From an uncultured Polyangiaceae bacterium (lineage in GTDB: Bacteria; Myxococcota_A; Polyangia; Polyangiales; Polyangiaceae): a stretch of DNA of 64,000 bases. The stretch covers positions 896 to 64,895 of the forward strand of contig CAYOLF010000025.1 of NCBI GenBank assembly GCA_964404725.1, in the 5' to 3' direction. The position numbers and the translations under genes were made by a program. The notes below the pieces were generated by a model. It ran no database searches and was not told the origin of the DNA. It saw only the letters and a program-made list of their open reading frames with translations. Within the stretch, counting starts at the first letter, position 1; every line of letters starts with the position of its first letter. Shown here one piece after another: positions 56,870-64,000 of the stretch.

Positions 56870-57004
56870 CCTAGAGCACCGATCAGGTTGCCGACAGCCA
56901 CGGAGGCCTGGAGAACGTCTCCCTGGCACCACTGGTTGCCAGGGGCGAGGAGACGTTCTCCAGGCCTCCTCTGGCGAGATCTGCTCCCGGTTCGGTGCTC
57001 TAGG
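56870..57004. repeat. Nested perfect inverted repeats (13-bp outer, 21-bp inner, 6-bp innermost arms)
   Basis: CCTAGAGCACCGA (56870-82) pairs with TCGGTGCTCTAGG (56992-57004). GGAGGCCTGGAGAACGTCTCC (56902-22) pairs with GGAGACGTTCTCCAGGCCTCC (56949-69). CTGGCA (56923-28) pairs with TGCCAG (56937-42). All were checked by hand reverse-complementing. Confidence 0.9.
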
Positions 57005-57007
57005 TCG

Positions 57008-57048
57008 TTGATTTGTCGCAGCAATCAACCTGATTGCTGCTCTAGAAT
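57008..57048 (+). promoter_or_regulatory. AT-rich dyad region and -10-like TAGAAT immediately upstream of sbcD
   Basis: GCAGCAATCA-acc-TGATTGCTGC (57018-57040, perfect 10-bp arms). An overlapping TTGATT(57008-13)/AATCAA(57023-28) pair. TAGAAT at 57043-48, 7 nt before the sbcD ATG. The sequence features are certain; their function is inferred. Confidence 0.4.
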
Positions 57049-57055
57049 CCTGGCG

Positions 57056-58339
57056 ATGCTCCTGCTGCACACCTCCGACTGGCACCTCGGGCTCGACCTC
57101 GCCGGTCACGACCGGCTCGCGGAGCAGGCGCGCATCCTCGACTGGCTGCGCGGGCAGTGCCAGGAGCTCGGCGTTGATGCGCTGCTGGTCGCCGGCGACG
57201 TGTTCGACGTCGCCAACCCATCGAGCGCCGCCCAGCGCTTGCTGGCGGACTTCCTCGTCGACCTCCGTCGTGACTGCCCGCGCATCACCGTCATCCTGAC
57301 GGGGGGCAACCACGACTCCGCGCTGCGGCTCGAGATCGCACGCCCCTACGGCCAGGCGCTCGGGCGGATCCACCTGGTCGGCGGGCTCGACGAGCGGGCG
57401 CCGGACGTGGAGGACAAGGCGGTGATCGTGCTCCGCGACGGCGTTGGCGCGGCGCTCGGCGCCTGTCTGGCGGTGCCGTTCATGCGGGTCGGCGACCTCG
57501 ACTGCCGGCCCGCCGAGGGCGAGCCGCTCGCGCGGGCCTACGAGCGCAGCCTCGCCGCCTTCTACGGGCGTCTGCGCCGGCGGGCCCGGGAGCTCGCCCC
57601 CGGCAAGCCCGTCGTGGGCATGGGGCACCTCACGCTGAGCCGGGGCGAGAAGTGCGGGAGCGAGCAACTCCTCGTCGGCGGCATCGACGGGATCGGCGCG
57701 GACGCGATCGCCGAGGGGCTGGACTACCTCGCCCTCGGGCACCTGCACCGGGGCCAGCAGGTCGGCTCGCCACGGATCCGCTACAGCGGCAGCCCCCTGA
57801 GCATCGACTTCGACGAGCGCCGGTACCCGCACCAGGTGCTCTTGGTGCGGCTCGAGGGGCCGGCGGCGGAGGGAGCTGCCGCGGAGCTCACGGTGACGGC
57901 GCTCGCGGTGCCCCAGGCGGTCCCGCTGCTGCGCCTCCCCGAGGCGGCGGGGACCTGGGAGGACCTCGAGCGTGCCGTCGCGGAGGTGCCCTGGCAGGAC
58001 CACGCCGCGCTCCCGAGCGCGCTCCAGCCACTCGTGGAGCTGCAGGTCATCGATGACGGGACCGTCGGGGATCTGCCGGCCCGGGTGGAGGCGCTCTGCC
58101 GCGACAAGCCACTGCGCCTGGTGCGCTCGCTCCGACTGCTGCGTCCGGGCGGGGACGCTCCCGCCGGGGAGGCTGGCGCGGAGAGCACGCTGGCGCTCAC
58201 GCTCGGCTCGGACACGGCGCCCTTCCAGCTCTTCTCGACCGCGTGGGCGCGCAAGTACGGCTCGTCCCCGCCGCCGGAGCTCGCGGCCGCCTTCGAGGAG
58301 GTCGTGGCCCAGGTCCGGACGGGGGGGGAGCGCTCGTGA
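57056..58339 (+). CDS. sbcD: Nuclease SbcCD, subunit D (Mre11-like)
   Basis: I re-set the start to ATG 57056. MLLLHTSDWHLG, LVAGDVFD, GGNHD, GHLH. Confidence 0.92.
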   Translation: MLLLHTSDWHLGLDLAGHDRLAEQARILDWLRGQCQELGVDALLVAGDVFDVANPSSAAQRLLADFLVDLRRDCPRITVILTGGNHDSALRLEIARPYGQALGRIHLVGGLDERAPDVEDKAVIVLRDGVGAALGACLAVPFMRVGDLDCRPAEGEPLARAYERSLAAFYGRLRRRARELAPGKPVVGMGHLTLSRGEKCGSEQLLVGGIDGIGADAIAEGLDYLALGHLHRGQQVGSPRIRYSGSPLSIDFDERRYPHQVLLVRLEGPAAEGAAAELTVTALAVPQAVPLLRLPEAAGTWEDLERAVAEVPWQDHAALPSALQPLVELQVIDDGTVGDLPARVEALCRDKPLRLVRSLRLLRPGGDAPAGEAGAESTLALTLGSDTAPFQLFSTAWARKYGSSPPPELAAAFEEVVAQVRTGGERS

Positions 58340-61300
58340 GGATCCTGTCCATCAGCGGCGAGAACGTCGCCTCGCTCGGTCGCTTCACGGTGCGGCTGGA
58401 CCAGGAGCCGCTGCGGTCGGCCGGCATCTTTGCCATCGTCGGGCCCACCGGGGCGGGGAAGAGCTCGCTGCTCGACGCCCTGTGCCTGGCGCTCTATCAC
58501 CAGGTCCCCCGGCTCGCGGACGCCGTCGCGCAGGGGGTCACCTTTCAGAGCGCCCTCGGCGCGGTCAGCATCAAGGACGCGGCGCACCTGGTTCGGCGCG
58601 GCACCCGCACCGCCTTCGCCGAGGTCGAGTTCGTCGCCGGCGACGGGGCGACCTACCGGGCTCGCTGGGGCTACCGGGCCCCGAGGCGCAAGGGGGCGGC
58701 CCCACAGGAGGAGACCTGGCTCGCCGACGCCGTGTCCGGCGAGGTCCTCTGCGATCGCAAGAAGGAGTGCGCGGAGCGCATCCAGGGGCTCCTGGGGCTC
58801 GACTTCGCCCAGTTCACCCGGACCGTGCTCCTCGCCCAGGGGCAGTTCGCGGCGTTCCTCAAGAGTAACGTCGCCGAAGAGCGCGCCACGATCCTGGAGC
58901 AGCTCACCGGGACCGAGCTCTACACCCGGATCGGCAAGGCCATCTCCGAGCGCAAGGGAGCGGAGACGCACCGCCTCGGCGAGCTCCGCGAACGGCGCTT
59001 CGCGATCCCGCTGCTCGGAACGGAGGAGCGCACGGAGGCCCAGGCCGCGCGCGCGCGCGTCGCGGCGGAGCTCCTCGCCATCGCCGGCCCCGCCGAGCGG
59101 GTTGAGGGCGCGCGCCAGCTCGCGGTCGAGCGGCAGCGCGCCGAGGCCGAGGAGGCCAGCGTCAGACCCGCGCTGGACGAGGCAGCAGCGCAGATCGCGG
59201 CGCTCGCTCCCCAGGGGGCGGCGCTCGCGGGGGCGCAGGCGGTGCTCGAGCAGCGCTGGCAGGCGCTGCAGCCTGAGCTCGATCGCGCCATCGGGCTCGA
59301 CACCCGGATCGCCACCCTGAGCGCGGAGCTCGCCGCCCAGAGGGACGCGCTCGCCCGGCAGCGCCAGGCGCAGCTCGCGCGGGAGGAGCAGCTCGCGCGG
59401 GCGCGCGAGGACCTCGGGCGGCGTGAACGCGAGCACGGCGAGCTCGAGGAATGGCTTGCCGCTCGGGCCCACCTCGCGCCGCTGGCGCGCGAGCGCCGGT
59501 TCGTCGCCGAGCAGCTCGGGTGCTACCTCGCGCTGCACCGCCTTCGGCTCGAGCTCGGGGAGCGCCTCGAGCAGGCCCGGGCCGCGCTGCCCGCGGCGGT
59601 CGCCGCCGAGGACGGCGTGCGCCTGCGGATCGCGGAGGTCGCGGGCCGGCTCGTCGGAGTCGAGGTCGCGCGGCTACCGGGGAGGCTGGAGGAGCTCGCG
59701 CGGCGCGAGCGGCAGCTCGATCTCGGCGGCGCCATCGACGCGGCTCGCCAGCGGCGGGACGACGCCGAGCGCGTGGCCGCCGGGCTGGCCCCCGACCTCG
59801 CCGCGGCGAACGGGCGCGTCGAGCGTGCCGAGCAGGCCTACGGCGCGGGGGTGGGGGTCACGGAGGGCGCGGTTGCGCTGCTGCGCGCGCGGCTCGAGGA
59901 GGGTCAGCCCTGCCCCGTGTGCGGCGCGACGGGCCACCCGTACCGGGCGTTCACCGAGGCGGCGCTGCGGGAGCAGGTGGAGGCGCTGCGGGGCGAGCGC
60001 GACGCGGCGGTCGCCGAGCGCGACGCCCTCCGGGAGCAGGAGCAGCGCGCGCGCGCCGGGCAAGGCCAGGCGGACGAGGAGCTCGCGCGCCTCGAGCCCG
60101 CCCGGCAGGCCGTCCGGGTCGAGGAGCCGGAGGCGCTCGCGTGCGCGTCGCCGGACGCCGTCGCGGAACTCCGCGCGCAGCTCCAGGCCTGGCTCCAGGC
60201 GAGCCAGGCGCTGCCGGCGCTCGAGCTCGAGCTCGAGCAGCGCTCCGGGGAGCTCCGGCGGCTCCGGGAGTCGATCGCGCACCTGGAGGATGACGCCCGG
60301 TCGAGCGAGGAGGGACGGGGGGAGGCGGAGCGGAAGCTCGCACCGCTCTGGGCCGTCGCCGCGTGGAGGGCGGAGCTCGAGGCGCGGGGGGAGCCGTTTT
60401 TCGAGGAGCAGCGCGCGGCGCTGGAGCAGCACGCGGCCACCGAGCAGGCCGCCGGCGAGCTCCGCCTCGCCCTCGAGCCGCTCGCGCGCGCCGTCGAGGG
60501 CCAGGTCGCCGAGGTGAAGGCCGTGGCCGCCGAGCTCGCGCGCCAGGACGAGCAGCACGCGGCGCGGGCGACCGAGGTCGCGGCCGTGGAGGCGGAGCGG
60601 CGGCAGGTGCTCGAGGGCGAGGCGGTCGCGCTCGTTCGCGCGCGCTGGCAGGGCGAGCTCGAGGCGGCGCGCCAGTCACGGAACGAGCTCGAGACGGCGC
60701 TCGGTCAGGCCCGGGAGGCGCGCACAGGGCTCGCGACCCGGTCGGCGGCGGCGCAGGCCGCCGCCGCGCAGGCGACCCGGTCGCTCGCGGAGCTTGGACC
60801 CGACTGCGCGCGGGCGCTCGAGCCGCTCGCGCTCGAGGTGGGGCCGGCACCGGTCGACTTCGCCGCGACGCCGGGCGCGGAGCTGCTCGCGTGGCTGACG
60901 CGCGCCCAGCAGGGGCTCGACGCCTGGCGCGAGGCCCTGCAGAGCGAGGCCGGCGCGCTCGCCGAGCGGCTCCGGCAGGACGACGAGCGGCGCGCCGAGG
61001 GGACCCGCCTCGAGGGCGAGATCGCAGCCCAGCAGGAGGTGACCGGGCGGTGGGAACAGCTCTACCAGCTCCTCGGGGTCGGTGAGGGCAAGGCGTTCCG
61101 CACCCTCGCGCAGCAGCTCTCGCTCGAGCTGCTCCTGGTGCAGACCAACCGGCACCTCACCGCCATCACCCCTCGCTACGAGCTCCGGCAGCTCCCGGCG
61201 TCGATGCACTTCGTGGTGGTGGACCACGACAGCTACGACGCGGAGCGCCCCGTGCACACCCTGTCCGGCGGCGAGACCTTCGTTGTCTCCCTCGCGCTCG

Positions 61301-61545
61301 CGCTCGGCCTGAGCGCGCTGGTGAGCGGCGACCACGCGATCGAGACGCTCTTCATCGACGAGGGGTTCGGCAGCCTCGACGGCGACACCCTGCGCCACGT
61401 GATGCGGGCGCTCGACGCCCTGCACAGCCAGGGGCGCAAGGTCGGGCTCGTCACCCACGTGGAGGAGATGAAGGAGCGCATCCCGGTGCGCATCGAGATC
61501 CGCCGGGTGGGGCCGGGTCTGAGCGAGGTCTGCCTGGTCGGCTAG
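58336..61545 (+). CDS. sbcC: Nuclease SbcCD, subunit C (Rad50-like ATPase)
   Basis: GTG 58336 overlaps the sbcD stop (GTGA). Walker A GPTGAGKSS, long coiled coil, zinc hook CPVCG, signature LSGGETF, Walker B LFIDEGFG. Confidence 0.92.
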   Translation: MRILSISGENVASLGRFTVRLDQEPLRSAGIFAIVGPTGAGKSSLLDALCLALYHQVPRLADAVAQGVTFQSALGAVSIKDAAHLVRRGTRTAFAEVEFVAGDGATYRARWGYRAPRRKGAAPQEETWLADAVSGEVLCDRKKECAERIQGLLGLDFAQFTRTVLLAQGQFAAFLKSNVAEERATILEQLTGTELYTRIGKAISERKGAETHRLGELRERRFAIPLLGTEERTEAQAARARVAAELLAIAGPAERVEGARQLAVERQRAEAEEASVRPALDEAAAQIAALAPQGAALAGAQAVLEQRWQALQPELDRAIGLDTRIATLSAELAAQRDALARQRQAQLAREEQLARAREDLGRREREHGELEEWLAARAHLAPLARERRFVAEQLGCYLALHRLRLELGERLEQARAALPAAVAAEDGVRLRIAEVAGRLVGVEVARLPGRLEELARRERQLDLGGAIDAARQRRDDAERVAAGLAPDLAAANGRVERAEQAYGAGVGVTEGAVALLRARLEEGQPCPVCGATGHPYRAFTEAALREQVEALRGERDAAVAERDALREQEQRARAGQGQADEELARLEPARQAVRVEEPEALACASPDAVAELRAQLQAWLQASQALPALELELEQRSGELRRLRESIAHLEDDARSSEEGRGEAERKLAPLWAVAAWRAELEARGEPFFEEQRAALEQHAATEQAAGELRLALEPLARAVEGQVAEVKAVAAELARQDEQHAARATEVAAVEAERRQVLEGEAVALVRARWQGELEAARQSRNELETALGQAREARTGLATRSAAAQAAAAQATRSLAELGPDCARALEPLALEVGPAPVDFAATPGAELLAWLTRAQQGLDAWREALQSEAGALAERLRQDDERRAEGTRLEGEIAAQQEVTGRWEQLYQLLGVGEGKAFRTLAQQLSLELLLVQTNRHLTAITPRYELRQLPASMHFVVVDHDSYDAERPVHTLSGGETFVVSLALALGLSALVSGDHAIETLFIDEGFGSLDGDTLRHVMRALDALHSQGRKVGLVTHVEEMKERIPVRIEIRRVGPGLSEVCLVG

Positions 61546-61573
61546 CGCGCGCCGCGCTCGTGCCCGTCGTTCC

Positions 61574-63007
61574 TCAGGCGGCGGTCGCCTGCGGGCGGAG
61601 GAGCCAGGCGATCCAGCCGACGGTGAGGACCGCCCCGAGCGCCTTGAGCGGCAACGGCGGCGCGATGATGACCAGGACCATCAGGGCGAGCACCGGGACC
61701 AGGTAGCGCAGCGCCCACAGGACGTAGCCGCCGAAGCTTGGCATGGTGACGCCGCTCGCGTCCGCGATCGATTTGACCATGAAGTTCGGCCCGTTGCCGA
61801 TGTAGGTGAGGGCCCCGCAGAACACCGCGCCCAGGCTGATGGACGTGAGGTAGAGCTCGCGCACCCCCGCCACCGCCGGCTCGCCACCCAGGCTCCGGGC
61901 CATCTCGAAGAAGGTCGCGTAGGTGGGCGCGTTGTCGAGCACCGCGCTCAGCGAACCGGTGAAGACGAAAAAGGTGTACTCGTTGAGCGGCAGGGTGGGC
62001 GCCACCTGCCCGAGGTAGGAGAGGGCCGGCACCATGGCGAGGAAGATGCCGATGAAGAGCGCGGCCACCTCGAGGATGGGGCCCCAGCCGAACTCGTTCT
62101 TCCCGTAGCGGACCTCGCGGTCGCTGGTGGCGAGGGAGATCCCCGCCAGCGAGAGCATCACCAGCTCCCGCACCGGGATCCAGGCGGAGACATCGGCGTG
62201 CCCCTCGCCGATGGCGTGCAGATCCACCGACGGCGCCAGCGCCACCGCGAGCACCACGCCGAGGAGCCAGACGAGGTGGAGCGCGCCCTTAATCCGGATC
62301 GGCGCGATCTCGCGCGCGTCGCGGGCGAGGGCCGCCGCGGGCTCCGTGGCGTGGATGCGGCGGTCGAGGACGTAGTACGAGAGCAAGAGCAGCCCGTTGA
62401 CGAAGAGCCACGCCGGGAACAGCTTCAGCGTCCACAGGAACGGCACCCCCCGCAGCATCCCGAGGAAGAGCGGCGGATCACCGAGGGGCGTGAGCAGGCC
62501 GCCGCAGTTGGCGACGACGAAGACCGCGAACACCACCGTGTGCACGCGGTGCGTGCGTTCGCGGTTCACGTTGAGGATGGGGCGAATGAGTGACATCGCG
62601 GCGCCCGTCGTGCCGATGATCGAGGCGAGCACGGCGCCGATGCCGAGGAAGATCGTGTTCGTGCGCGGGGTCGCCTCGATGTCGCCGTCGACGAAGATGC
62701 CGCCGCTGATCACGAAGAGGCACAAGAGCAGCGTGATGAACTGCGCGTACTCGACCAGCGCATGCACCACCGCCGCGGGGTCCCCGAGCGCCCACATGAA
62801 GATCGCCATCGGCACGCCGAAGGCGAGGGCCACCGCGAGCTGGAACCAGAGCTTGTGCCAGAGGTGCCGGGTGGCGGACAGGAGCGGGAAGGTGGCGATG
62901 CAGGCGAGGAGCCCGGCGAAGGGCAACACGCCCCACCAGGGGACCAGGATCTCGTGCTCGGGCAACGGCCGCGGCTCCGTTTCGGGGGGGTGGCGCGGGT
63001 CGTACAT
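61574..63007 (-). CDS. ArsB/NhaD-superfamily ion transporter (Na+/H+ antiporter NhaD-like)
   Basis: I re-set the start to ATG 63007. About 11-12 TM segments. ..IGTTGAAMSLIRP..VANCGGLLTPLGDPPLFLG... Confidence 0.75.
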   Translation of the reverse strand: MYDPRHPPETEPRPLPEHEILVPWWGVLPFAGLLACIATFPLLSATRHLWHKLWFQLAVALAFGVPMAIFMWALGDPAAVVHALVEYAQFITLLLCLFVISGGIFVDGDIEATPRTNTIFLGIGAVLASIIGTTGAAMSLIRPILNVNRERTHRVHTVVFAVFVVANCGGLLTPLGDPPLFLGMLRGVPFLWTLKLFPAWLFVNGLLLLSYYVLDRRIHATEPAAALARDAREIAPIRIKGALHLVWLLGVVLAVALAPSVDLHAIGEGHADVSAWIPVRELVMLSLAGISLATSDREVRYGKNEFGWGPILEVAALFIGIFLAMVPALSYLGQVAPTLPLNEYTFFVFTGSLSAVLDNAPTYATFFEMARSLGGEPAVAGVRELYLTSISLGAVFCGALTYIGNGPNFMVKSIADASGVTMPSFGGYVLWALRYLVPVLALMVLVIIAPPLPLKALGAVLTVGWIAWLLRPQATAA

Positions 63008-63172
63008 CGACGGCGCGGCGTGCGCCAGCCGGTCCGGTCCTGGCCGCGCACCCCGGCGCCCGGCGTCGCGCGAAGGGCAGAAATCCCGCACGATCCGGGG
63101 CTTCGGGTCGCCTCGGGCGCGGGCGGCGCACCGCCGAGGCCCACGCTCGGTGGCGCCGTGCGGGTCCGCCCG

Positions 63173-64000
63173 TCAGCGCACGGCGGCCACGCAGCGGCCG
63201 AGCGGTGGGTCACCGTAGTAGCCGCAGGCCGGGATCAGCAGCTGGTTCGAGCAGGGCGGGCAGTCCACCGTGCTGCAGTCCGCGCAGGTGGCGTCCGCCG
63301 GCGGCGGCGCTCCCCCCTCGGTGACGCAGGGATCGGTCGCGACGACCGCGTGCGGGAGCACCTCGGGGCAGGCGCAGCAGTGGTTGTGGTCGGTCGCCAC
63401 CAGGCAGTCGATGTCCGAGGGGTCGCACTCGTCGACGAACTCGCAGACCCCCGCCTCGTCAGGTGCCACGACGCGGCTCGGTGGATCGAGCCAGGTGCAG
63501 TCGAGCATCATGCATGCCTCCGCCGCGGGGCAGCCCGCGAGATCCTCCCGCACGAAGAAGTCCTGGTACGGGACCACGCAGGGGCCGGGACCGGCGAGCG
63601 CGCTGGCCGCGAACGGCGCCGAGCAGCAGTCGTCGAGGCGCACCGCGACGTAGCAGCCCGTCATTCCCCCGGCGACGCCGCCGGCGCCCCCGAGGCTCCC
63701 GCCGGCGCCGCCGAGCGCCGCGCCCGCGGCCCCGGCCGTAGCTGCACCACCCTCCCCGGTGCCCCCGGTGGGCGCGCCCCCGGGGCTCGTGCCGCCCGGC
63801 ACCTCGCCACCGGTGGTGGCGCCGCCGCTCTCGCTCCCCCCGCCGGTGGTGGCGCCGCCGCTCTCGCTCCCCCCGCCGGTGGTGGCGCCGCCGGTGGTGG
63901 CGCCACCGCTCTCGCTCCCGCCGTCGGCGTGGCCGCCGGTGGTGGCGCCGCCGCTCTCGCTCCCGCCGGTACTGGCCTGGGAACCAGCGGTCCCAGCGGT
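63173..64000 (-). CDS. Secreted Cys-rich protein with a Gly/Ser/Thr/Glu repeat linker; the 5' end lies beyond the window
   Basis: The frame stays open upstream of the track start (GTG 63802) through ..GGSESGGATTGG.. repeats to the window edge. The C-terminal roughly 165 aa contain about 20 Cys (..DDCCSAP..DHNHCCACPE..CADCSTVDCPPCS..). Confidence 0.6.
   Translation of the reverse strand, partial: TAGTAGSQASTGGSESGGATTGGHADGGSESGGATTGGATTGGGSESGGATTGGGSESGGATTGGEVPGGTSPGGAPTGGTGEGGAATAGAAGAALGGAGGSLGGAGGVAGGMTGCYVAVRLDDCCSAPFAASALAGPGPCVVPYQDFFVREDLAGCPAAEACMMLDCTWLDPPSRVVAPDEAGVCEFVDECDPSDIDCLVATDHNHCCACPEVLPHAVVATDPCVTEGGAPPPADATCADCSTVDCPPCSNQLLIPACGYYGDPPLGRCVAAVR
63810..63968. repeat. 33-bp tandem coding repeat array (2 perfect copies plus about 2-3 degenerate)
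   Basis: ccggtggtggcgccgccgctctcgctccccccg at 63810-63842 and 63843-63875 is identical. Degenerate copies continue to about 63968. It encodes GGSESGGATTG units on the minus strand. Confidence 0.9.

Noticed and set aside
56924-56939. Sigma-54-like TGGCAC..TTGC in the loop of the big palindrome (a similar TGGCAG..TTGC occurs at about 55115-55130)
   Set aside because: The spacing is GG-N11-GC, not the strict GG-N10-GC. It is probably a by-product of the CTGGCA/TGCCAG dyad.
55883-59538. Long minus ORFs 55883..58003 (706 aa) and 57781..59538 (585 aa)
   Set aside because: They are antisense to the beta-barrel genes, sbcD and sbcC. They have Arg/Pro/Glu-rich repetitive composition and cross the palindromic non-coding gap.
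63810-63968. Possible CRISPR-like regular repeats at the right edge
   Set aside because: The units are directly abutting with no spacers, lie in an open reading frame encoding Gly/Ser/Thr/Glu linker repeats, and there are no cas genes.

Overview
This is a very GC-rich bacterial chromosomal segment (roughly 70% by eye, not computed). It is almost certainly Myxococcota: it has a MYXO-CTERM-type sorting tail, an MglA-family GTPase, many lipoproteins with Gly-rich linkers, and PAS hybrid kinases. I support about 47 protein genes and one tRNA-Pro(CGG). I found no rRNA, CRISPR array, transposase, integrase or prophage genes.

Gene content from left to right:
- An edge-truncated GT4 glycosyltransferase that is missing from the ORF track.
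- groES-groEL.
- A catalytically degenerate subtilase/FG-GAP/MYXO-CTERM protein downstream of a REC-HTH_XRE regulator.
- A GYF-domain protein, tRNA-Pro and etfBA.
- A translationally coupled nadB, CPBP protease and patatin trio.
- A tandem Tudor-like lipoprotein, an XRE-cupin regulator, bipA, fabH, hflX, thrH and argH.
- A coupled MglA-like GTPase, sensor kinase and thiL trio.
- Class II RNR nrdJ with a long leader, and an M16-like protein.
- hypAB and hypFCDE, separated by about 4 kb of secreted glycan-active lipoprotein genes.
- Two mirrored hybrid kinases around a tandem bacterial-PH membrane protein.
- A triple 8-Cys-repeat lipoprotein and two beta-barrel-like proteins.
- sbcDC, an NhaD/ArsB-type transporter, and an edge-truncated Cys-rich protein with 33-bp coding repeats.

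Many long ORFs in the supplied track are antisense shadows or over-extended N-termini. I re-set starts using SD motifs and 4-nt ATGA/GTGA overlaps.

I did not recognise a clear complete new multi-gene system. The most unusual signals are:
1. A roughly 135-bp nested perfect palindrome plus an AT-rich dyad directly upstream of sbcDC.
2. The Ras-like GTPase, histidine kinase and thiL coupled unit.
3. A periplasm-targeted tandem Tudor-like lipoprotein.
4. A new-looking 8-Cys module repeated three times.
5. An apparently dead subtilase carrying a MYXO-CTERM tail.
6. The nadB, CPBP and patatin coupling.

All family calls come from motif recognition by eye. No database search was run.
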